Positions 57,208-64,000 of a DNA stretch of 64,000 nt are shown piece after piece. The stretch covers positions 27,998 through 91,997 of the forward strand of contig JAJPHC010000051.1 of NCBI GenBank assembly GCA_021325515.1. Direction: 5' to 3'. The DNA is from Acidobacteriota bacterium (GTDB taxonomy: Bacteria > Acidobacteriota > Thermoanaerobaculia > Gp7-AA8). Position numbers and translations under genes: made by a program. The notes under the pieces were generated by a model, which had not been told where the DNA came from, did no database searches, and was given only the letters and a program-made list of their open reading frames with translations. Within the stretch, counting starts at the first letter, position 1; every line of letters starts with the position of its first letter.

Positions 57208-58005
57208 ATGAAAGCCTTTCGCGTCCGGCCTCACACGCGTGTCTCTCTCCACGATTTCGATCCGAACGACACGTCGGCGTTCGACGGTGGGAAGAGCGAG
57301 GCGGTCGAGGAGAGCAGGACGCTGATGAAGCAGCTCGGCGAACTGCAGGAGCTGCTCTACGCGGGTCATGAGCACAAGGTCCTCATCGTGCTGCAGGGCA
57401 TGGACACGTCGGGAAAAGACGGCACGATCCGGCACGTCATGACCGAGTGCAGCCCGCAGGGCATGCGCGTGAAATCATTCAAGCGGCCGACGGAGCCGGA
57501 GCTCGCGCACGACTACCTCTGGCGCGCGCACGAGGCAGTGCCGGAAAACGGCGAGATCTGCATCTTCAATCGCAGCCACTACGAGGACGTGCTGGTCGTA
57601 CGCGTGCACAGCGACCATGACGACAAGTTCTGGAAGAAGCGCTTCCGCCAGATCAACGATTTCGAGCAGATGCTCGCGGAGAACGGCACGCTGATCCTGA
57701 AGTTCTTCCTCCACATCGATCCCGCCGAACAGAAGGAACGGCTGCAGGAACGGATCGACGACCCGACGAAGCACTGGAAGTTCCAGCACGGCGACCTCGA
57801 AGAGCGGAAGCTCTGGAAGAACTACATGCACGCCTACGAGGACGCGATCAACGCGACGTCAACGGAGTGGGCGCCCTGGATCATCGTCCCAGCAAACAAG
57901 AAATGGTTCCGCAACTGGGTCACCGGCCGGTGCATCGTGAAGGCGATGGAAAAGCTGGAGATGGAGTGGCCTGTGATCGACCTGAGTGGGGAGAGGATCG
58001 AGTGA
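57208..58005 (+). CDS. ppk2: polyphosphate kinase 2 (PPK2, polyphosphate:nucleotide phosphotransferase)
   Basis: 265 aa; Walker A GMDTSGKDG; lid/Walker-B region; PPK2 length and motifs. Confidence 0.85.
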   Translation: MKAFRVRPHTRVSLHDFDPNDTSAFDGGKSEAVEESRTLMKQLGELQELLYAGHEHKVLIVLQGMDTSGKDGTIRHVMTECSPQGMRVKSFKRPTEPELAHDYLWRAHEAVPENGEICIFNRSHYEDVLVVRVHSDHDDKFWKKRFRQINDFEQMLAENGTLILKFFLHIDPAEQKERLQERIDDPTKHWKFQHGDLEERKLWKNYMHAYEDAINATSTEWAPWIIVPANKKWFRNWVTGRCIVKAMEKLEMEWPVIDLSGERIE

Positions 58006-58090
58006 CCTGCTGCAATGACTTGTTAGCCTCAGCTGCCAGCCGCCTGCCCTGCGCCTAGACGCCCCGCCCACGGCGAACGTACTGACCTCG

Positions 58091-59131
58091 ATGCCCCTCT
58101 CGCGCGTTCGCGCACTCGCCGGTTATGCAGCGCTCCCGTGGGGCATCGACATGCTCCTCACCGACGCGTGCAATCTGCGCTGCTCCTATTGCCCGATCAC
58201 GACGGACATGGTGACGAAGCGTCCGAGTGCGCTGATGAATACCGAGCGCGCGATTCGCTTCATCGACTCGATTGCCTCGTTCAAACCGATGATCCGCTTC
58301 TTCGGAGGTGAGCCGTTTCTCCATCCCGAGTGGCCGCGCATCTTCGCCGCGGCCGTCGCCCGCGGTCTGCCGATCACCGTCGTCACGAACGGCACGCGCC
58401 TCGTGGGCAAAGCGGAGGAACTGGTGCGCAGCGGACTGCTGGCAGCCGGCATCTCCATCGATCCGCCTTCGGTGAACGACGCCTATCGGGGAGAAGGCGT
58501 GTTCGAGACATGCGAGCGCGTCGTGCGCGAGATCCGCGAAGCGCGCCAACGCCTCGGATCGCCGACGCCGCTCATCGAGATCTACACGACGGTCTATGAA
58601 GGAACCTACTCGCTGCTGACGGAGTGGGCCGCGCGCCTCGCGGAGTGGAACATCGACACGCTGCGGCTGCAGCATCAGATCTGGCTGCGGACGGCGCAGC
58701 GGCCGGTGTCGGAGGAGCTGATCGCGAACGCGATCGGAGAGTCGAAGTTCTTCCGGGCGGATGTCGACACCTATTGCAGCGACATCATGCCGCCGATCGA
58801 CATCCAATTGCTCGAATCGCAGTTGCGCGCACTGCAGACGTTGCGCGTTCCATACAAGATCGAAATGCATCCGCCGCTGCCGATCGAGGAAATGCTCGCC
58901 TTCTATCGCGACCCCGATTTCAAGCGGCAGAGCGGCCGCGCGTGTACGTTGATCTCCAACTACGCGTTCGTCGATCCGCGCGGCCGGCTCTATCCATGCC
59001 TCACGCTCGACATGGGCAATGTGTTCGAGAAACCGTTCGAGAGTGTCTGGAACGGAAAGAAGTTCCGCGCCTTCCGGAGGCTGCTGCGGCGCGAACAGCG
59101 ATTGCCATTGTGCGAGAGATGTCCGGCGTGA
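58091..59131 (+). CDS. radical SAM protein with C-terminal Cys-rich (SPASM/twitch-like) region
   Basis: CNLRCSYC (CxxxCxxC) at residues 27-34; GGEP motif; C-terminal ..CTLISNYAF...YPC......CERC suggests an auxiliary cluster domain. Confidence 0.75.
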   Translation: MPLSRVRALAGYAALPWGIDMLLTDACNLRCSYCPITTDMVTKRPSALMNTERAIRFIDSIASFKPMIRFFGGEPFLHPEWPRIFAAAVARGLPITVVTNGTRLVGKAEELVRSGLLAAGISIDPPSVNDAYRGEGVFETCERVVREIREARQRLGSPTPLIEIYTTVYEGTYSLLTEWAARLAEWNIDTLRLQHQIWLRTAQRPVSEELIANAIGESKFFRADVDTYCSDIMPPIDIQLLESQLRALQTLRVPYKIEMHPPLPIEEMLAFYRDPDFKRQSGRACTLISNYAFVDPRGRLYPCLTLDMGNVFEKPFESVWNGKKFRAFRRLLRREQRLPLCERCPA

Positions 59132-59216
59132 GCCGTGCGCTGTACGACGCAACCTCTTCCAACTTCGTATCATTCCCGTGGTGCTGCTCCTCTTCCTCGC
59201 GTTCCGCATCCGGCCG

Positions 59217-59894
59217 ATGCAGCCCGCTGCCCTGCCGCAGCCGTCGTCGGTGCTCTGGATCGCGGCGCATCCCGACGACGAATCGCTCGTGGCTCCCCTG
59301 CTCGAGCTCTGGTGCAACGAACGGTTAGCGCGCTGCACGTTCCTGATCGCGACGCGCGGCGAGGCGGGGCCGTGCCTCTTGCCGGAGGGATGCCGGCCGG
59401 ATCTCGCGACGGTGCGCAGCGGTGAGGCACGCGCGGCGGCTGCCTACTTTCATGCCGCTCTGTTGCAGTGGACGCTGCAGGACGGCGGAGATTGGCCGCC
59501 GATCACGAACGAGCTCGTGGCGGCCATCGAGAGCGTGCATCCGGATCTCATCCTCACCTTCGATCCCCGCCACGGAACCACCTGCCATCCGGATCACCGC
59601 GCCATCTGCGCCTCGACGCTCGAGGCCATCCCGCTGCTCACCTACAAGCCGCAGGTGTGGCTGCTCGAGACCCGCTTCGAGCCATTCATCTTCAGCAGTG
59701 CAACGGGGCTGACCGTGCGGTTCGACGCCCAGTCGCGCTGGTATGCAGTGCTGGACGACATGCGCCTCCACCCGAGCCAGTTCGACCAGACCTGGACCGC
59801 CGGCGTCGAGGGCGTTCCGCCAATCCAGCGGGCGGTGTACATCTCGCCGGCAGAGATGGTGATGCAGCGAACTGTTAGAGACTGCGGGCCTTAA
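59217..59894 (+). CDS. PIG-L / LmbE family N-acetylglucosaminyl deacetylase
   Basis: VLWIAAHPDDE (AHPDDE zinc-binding motif) plus downstream HPDH. The track start at 59019 overlaps the rSAM gene; the ATG at 59217 gives the family-typical N-terminus. Confidence 0.7.
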   Translation: MQPAALPQPSSVLWIAAHPDDESLVAPLLELWCNERLARCTFLIATRGEAGPCLLPEGCRPDLATVRSGEARAAAAYFHAALLQWTLQDGGDWPPITNELVAAIESVHPDLILTFDPRHGTTCHPDHRAICASTLEAIPLLTYKPQVWLLETRFEPFIFSSATGLTVRFDAQSRWYAVLDDMRLHPSQFDQTWTAGVEGVPPIQRAVYISPAEMVMQRTVRDCGP

Positions 59895-61523
59895 TTACCC
59901 CAGCGCCGCCGTCACCAGCGCCTGCGCCTCTTCCTGAATCCGCCCGAGGTGCTCCTCGCTGACGAAGCTCTCCGCGTAGATCTTGTAGATGTTCTCCGTC
60001 CCCGACGGCCGCGCGGCGAACCAGCCGTTCTTCGTCGTCACCTTCAATCCGCCGATCGGATTTCCGTCTCCCGGCGCGTTGGTCAGGATGTTGACGATCG
60101 GATCGCCGGCCAGCGTCTTCGCCGTCACCTGCGACGGCGACAGCTTGCCGAGCAGCGCCTTCTCCTCGGGAGTCGCCGCCGCATCCGTCCGCGCATAGAA
60201 CGGCGCGCCATGCTGCTCCGTCAGCTCGCGGTACAGCTCACCCGGATCGCGCCCGCTGCGTGCGGTGATCTCCGCGGCGAGCAGCCCGAGAATGATGCCG
60301 TCCTTGTCGGTGGTCCACACGCTCCCATCGCGCCGCAGGAACGACGCGCCGGCGCTCTCCTCCCCGCCGAATCCCAGCGAGCCGTCGAGCAGGCCGTTGA
60401 CGAACCACTTGAAGCCGACCGGCACTTCATACAGACGCCGCCCCAGGCTCGCGGCCACGCGATCGATCATGCTGCTACTGACCACCGTCTTCCCCACCGC
60501 CGCCTCGCCGCTCCAACCGGTCCGATTGCGGAACAGATAGTCGATGGCCACCGCCAGATAGTGATTCGGATTCATGAGGCCCACGCTCGGCGTCACGATG
60601 CCGTGGCGATCATTGTCCGTGTCGTTTCCGAACGCGATGTCGAAACGCTCGCGCAGCGCGATGAGCCCCGCCATCGCATGCGGCGAGGAGCAGTCCATCC
60701 GGATCTTCCCGTCCCAGTCGAGCGTCATGAAGCGGAACGTCGGATCGATCACCTCGTTCACGATCTCGATGTTGAGATCGAAGCGCTCGCGAATCACGCT
60801 CCAGTAGGCGGTGCCCGCGCCGCCCAGCGGATCGACGCCGATGTGCAGCCCCGACGCGCGCACGATCTCGAGATCGACCACCGCACCGAGATCGTTCACA
60901 TACGCGCTCACGTAATCGTGCCGATGCGTCGTCTCGGCCGCCATCGCCTTCCCGAACGCGATCCGCCTGATCTTCGACGGATCATTCATCAGCTCATTCG
61001 CCGCGTTCTCGATCGCCTTCGTCGCCGCGGTATCGGATGGGCCGCCGCTCGGCGGGTTGTACTTGAACCCTCCGTCCTCCGGCGGATTGTGCGAAGGCGT
61101 GACGACGATGCCGTCCGCCGGATGCCCGCTCCTGCCGCGGTTGTACGTGAGGATCGCGTGTGAGATCACCGGCGTCGGCGTGTAGCCCCGGCTCGTATCG
61201 ATCATCACGTTCACGCCGTTCGCCGCGAGCACTTCCATCGCCGAAGCGAACGCCGGCTCGGAGAGCGCATGCGTGTCGATGCCGAGGAAGAGAGGACCGT
61301 CGATGCCCTGCTCGCGGCGGTAATTGCAGATCGCCTGCGTCGTCGCCAGGATGTGCAATTCATTGAACGCAGTCTTGAGAGATGAGCCGCGATGGCCCGA
61401 CGTGCCGAAGGCGACGCGCTGATCGCGAATCGATGGATCAGGCCGCTCCGCGTAATACGCGGTGATGAGTCGCGGCACGTTGATCAGCATCTCTTCGGAA
61501 GGGCGGCTGCCGGGTTTCGTCAT
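59895..61523 (-). CDS. pgm: phosphoglucomutase (alpha-D-glucose phosphate-specific)
   Basis: Start [24 protein letters not shown]; active-site GTSGHRG; Mg loop; sugar-binding GEESAG; about 540 aa, typical of Pgm. Confidence 0.9.
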   Translation of the reverse strand: MTKPGSRPSEEMLINVPRLITAYYAERPDPSIRDQRVAFGTSGHRGSSLKTAFNELHILATTQAICNYRREQGIDGPLFLGIDTHALSEPAFASAMEVLAANGVNVMIDTSRGYTPTPVISHAILTYNRGRSGHPADGIVVTPSHNPPEDGGFKYNPPSGGPSDTAATKAIENAANELMNDPSKIRRIAFGKAMAAETTHRHDYVSAYVNDLGAVVDLEIVRASGLHIGVDPLGGAGTAYWSVIRERFDLNIEIVNEVIDPTFRFMTLDWDGKIRMDCSSPHAMAGLIALRERFDIAFGNDTDNDRHGIVTPSVGLMNPNHYLAVAIDYLFRNRTGWSGEAAVGKTVVSSSMIDRVAASLGRRLYEVPVGFKWFVNGLLDGSLGFGGEESAGASFLRRDGSVWTTDKDGIILGLLAAEITARSGRDPGELYRELTEQHGAPFYARTDAAATPEEKALLGKLSPSQVTAKTLAGDPIVNILTNAPGDGNPIGGLKVTTKNGWFAARPSGTENIYKIYAESFVSEEHLGRIQEEAQALVTAALG

Positions 61524-61604
61524 GAGCCGAAGTTTATCGCCGTCAGCCCCGGCCGAGTCCGCCTGCCCTAGCGGACGGAACCTCTTTTGCACAACAGTCC
61601 AACC

Positions 61605-61802
61605 ATGAAATGGACTGGCATCTATCTCGTGGGCTACATCATCATGCTGGCGGGGATCATCGCCGCGCTCTGGAAGGGCGGCGTGATCGATCGGATCGGA
61701 ACGACGTGGACGATCATCGGAATCGTGATCGCGATCGGAATCGGCATCATGATCGCCGTCGCCAACAGCGGCAAGAAAGAGACGATCAACATCGATCGCT
61801 GA
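61605..61802 (+). CDS. small hydrophobic membrane protein
   Basis: [56 protein letters not shown]..: two TM helices. Confidence 0.35.
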   Translation: MKWTGIYLVGYIIMLAGIIAALWKGGVIDRIGTTWTIIGIVIAIGIGIMIAVANSGKKETINIDR

Positions 61803-61804
61803 GG

Positions 61805-64000
61805 CTACAGCCCTCCGACCTTCCGCGCGAGCTGCAGGCTCGGATCCTGTGAGATGTTGTCCGTCGTCGAGCCATAGACGATCACGCTGCCGGAGTTCAC
61901 GGTGAACGTGATCGTGTCGTTCTCGAGCAGAGTGATGCCGGTGAGCACGTTCGCATTCACCTGTTCGAAGTAATTGGGAACGGTGTAACTCTTCGAGACC
62001 GTCGTGCGCTGGACGCCATCCTTGTCGCGCACGGTGATCAGCATCGATGCTCCTCCGAAACCGAGAACGCGAATTCCGATATTGAAGCGCGCCAGAGCCG
62101 GCACAGGAGGGGCGATGACGACGGCGCTCTCCCCCACTCCGATCGCCGCTCCGCTCCTCACCGGCTCCTCGGTCATTCCACTCGTGCCCTTATTGCCGGC
62201 ATCATTGAAGATCCGGACGACGGTGACGGGATAGCCGCCTGTGAACGCGGCATCGACGCTCCCGAGTCCCGACAACCCGATCTCCGGCAGAAAATCAGAA
62301 AAGACCCGCACAGTGCCGGGAGCGATATTGAAGCCGGTCGCCGTACATGCGCCGGTTCCTGCGGGGCAATAGTTGAGGTTCGCGGCAATGGAGGCCGGCC
62401 ATGGGTTGTAGAACTGGATCGCCGTTCGGAAGAACGAGCCGAGCGCGCCGGCGATCGAGCCGACGACGGGAATGACGCGCGTCTCGCTGCCGGCGAATGG
62501 CGACGAAGGAAGCGCGCGCGCGATCTGCAGGCTGGGGTCCTGCGTCGTATTATCGGTCGTCGCGCCATAGACGATCGCGCTGCCGGAGTCGACGCGAATC
62601 GTGATCACGTCGGAGCCGGCGAGCGTGAGACCGAGAAAATCCGCCGACGTGCGCTGCTCGAAATAGCTCGGTGCATAGCTCTTCGTGAGCGAGGTGCGCG
62701 GTGATCCGTTCTTATCGGCGACCGTAATCGTCATCGAAGCGCCGTTCTCCAGCGATCGCACGCCGATATTGAACCGCGCCTTCGATGCATCAGGCGGCGC
62801 AATGAGCACACCGCGTGCGCCGCTCTGCAATGCGTCGCTCCGCTTGAAGAGATCCTCGGTCATCCCCGCGGTGCCCGCGCTTCCCGCGTCATTGAAGATG
62901 CGCGCAACGGTCAGCGGTGCGCCGCCGTAATCGGCAAACAGATCCGCGCTGCCAAGACCGCCGGCGCCGATCACCGGCAGAAAATCGGCGTAATAGATCG
63001 TCTGTCCCGGCGCCAGCACATAGCTGGCACTCGGATCCGCATTACTTCCCGGCGTACTGCCATTGTGATAGACGATCTTTCCTGCCTGCGTTCCGGACGT
63101 CGGATTGTGTAATTGAAACGCGGTCTTGAAGAAGGAGCCGAAGCTGCCCGGCGTCGAACCGACCGCCGGCAGTACGCGCAGGTCCGCCGCGGGCGCATAG
63201 ACCGTGACGGTGATCGACGCGGAGGAGCTGTTGCCGTTCCTGTCGCGCGCGGTCACAGTAATGCGATGCGTGCCTGTGGAGAGATTGGACGCGACGAGCG
63301 AGCGCCCCGTCCCGAGTGCGCCCTGCAGACTCGACGAGTACGACAATGCAGTGCCGGGCAACTCACCGTCTTCCGTGTCGTACGCAAATCCTTCGAACGT
63401 CACAGGCGAGCCGGCCGGCGACGCGTAGCCGTCGATCGGTGCGATGAACGTCACGAGCGGCGCCTTCGCCGCGACCGTAAACGGCGCATCGGAAGTGTCG
63501 CTCGAGGATAGAACGCCGTCGCTGGCCGTCACCATGATGCGGGCGTTTGCGCTCCCCGCGCCCAGCGTCGTGTTCCAGTCCCACGATGTCGCGGTGAGAT
63601 CCGCCGCCAGAGTGGTCCATTGATTGCCATCCGGTGAATAGAGAACGGCATAAGTCAGCGCGTCGCCGTCGGGATCCGAACCGCTCCAGCGAATCGTCGT
63701 CGTGGCGCCGATCGACTCGCCGCCATTGGGAAAGATCACCTTCACCACCGGCGCATTGGCGGAAATCGTTCGCGATGCGAGCACGCGCGAGCCGTGCTTC
63801 ATCACGACCTTCTTTCCCGCCGCCGGGAACACCACAGGCACATTGAAGGGCACGCGTGCCGCGGCCGCGCTGCCATGCGGCACTTTGAACGCGATGGGGA
63901 ACGTCCGCGAGGCCACCGCGTTGCCGCTCGCATCCTGGATCTCGACGCTGTACTCCCCCGTGTCGAGCGCGCTCAGCGCGTCGTGGCCGTCATACGTGTC
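61805..64000 (-). CDS. large secreted repeat protein (Ig-like domains plus two about 230-aa tandem C-terminal repeats); N-terminus lies beyond the window end
   Basis: Open frame continues past position 64000. The two C-terminal modules are about 60% identical ([22 protein letters not shown].../[22 protein letters not shown]... ending ...[19 protein letters not shown] / [19 protein letters not shown]). Confidence 0.6.
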   Translation of the reverse strand, partial: DTYDGHDALSALDTGEYSVEIQDASGNAVASRTFPIAFKVPHGSAAAARVPFNVPVVFPAAGKKVVMKHGSRVLASRTISANAPVVKVIFPNGGESIGATTTIRWSGSDPDGDALTYAVLYSPDGNQWTTLAADLTATSWDWNTTLGAGSANARIMVTASDGVLSSSDTSDAPFTVAAKAPLVTFIAPIDGYASPAGSPVTFEGFAYDTEDGELPGTALSYSSSLQGALGTGRSLVASNLSTGTHRITVTARDRNGNSSSASITVTVYAPAADLRVLPAVGSTPGSFGSFFKTAFQLHNPTSGTQAGKIVYHNGSTPGSNADPSASYVLAPGQTIYYADFLPVIGAGGLGSADLFADYGGAPLTVARIFNDAGSAGTAGMTEDLFKRSDALQSGARGVLIAPPDASKARFNIGVRSLENGASMTITVADKNGSPRTSLTKSYAPSYFEQRTSADFLGLTLAGSDVITIRVDSGSAIVYGATTDNTTQDPSLQIARALPSSPFAGSETRVIPVVGSIAGALGSFFRTAIQFYNPWPASIAANLNYCPAGTGACTATGFNIAPGTVRVFSDFLPEIGLSGLGSVDAAFTGGYPVTVVRIFNDAGNKGTSGMTEEPVRSGAAIGVGESAVVIAPPVPALARFNIGIRVLGFGGASMLITVRDKDGVQRTTVSKSYTVPNYFEQVNANVLTGITLLENDTITFTVNSGSVIVYGSTTDNISQDPSLQLARKVGGL

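Noticed and set aside
59949-61163. 404-aa plus-strand ORF
   Set aside because: Antisense to phosphoglucomutase, which carries the diagnostic GTSGHRG active-site loop.

Overview
This is a high-GC (about 65-70%) bacterial chromosomal window, gene-dense on both strands. Its gene content looks Acidobacteriota-like (many Ser/Thr kinases with TPR repeats, DUF1579, sigma-54 regulators, multiheme cytochromes); taxonomy cannot be proven from sequence alone. Most long ORFs in the six-frame track that lie antisense to these genes are GC-driven artefacts.

Three regions stand out.

(1) Respiratory / extracellular electron-transfer island, about 35.3-45.9 kb. It follows a sensor kinase / NtrC-type sigma-54 activator pair. 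In order it encodes a class I cytochrome c, a Rieske protein, a cytochrome b fused to a C-terminal 11-heme domain, a DUF2339 membrane protein, an MtrC/OmcA-like decaheme, an MtrA-like periplasmic decaheme and a large MtrB-like beta-barrel.

(2) MNIO (DUF692) / DUF2063 RiPP-type operon, 22.6-25.6 kb, minus strand. It has a Sec-secreted Cys/Lys/Gly-rich precursor and a terminal DoxX-MsrA fusion gene. The arrangement is bufferin-like.

(3) Unusual repeat families.
- 42-bp palindromic elements beginning TTAAG, in four copies. They sit exactly at gene junctions and supply stop codons. One pair precisely brackets a macro-domain gene.
- A second palindromic element (GTAGGACAGGCGCCCTCGCCTGTCC...) in three copies. 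Two copies are in-frame inside coding regions, one of them in the signal peptide of the MtrA-like cytochrome.
- Long hairpins built from AT-rich tandem heptamers.

The rest is housekeeping and accessory genes (cysS, ruvA, pgm, ppk2, a tyrosine-phenol-lyase-like lyase, a penicillin-acylase family protein, two-component systems, and an ABC / LolA-like / OMP export operon). No rRNA, tRNA or CRISPR was seen.
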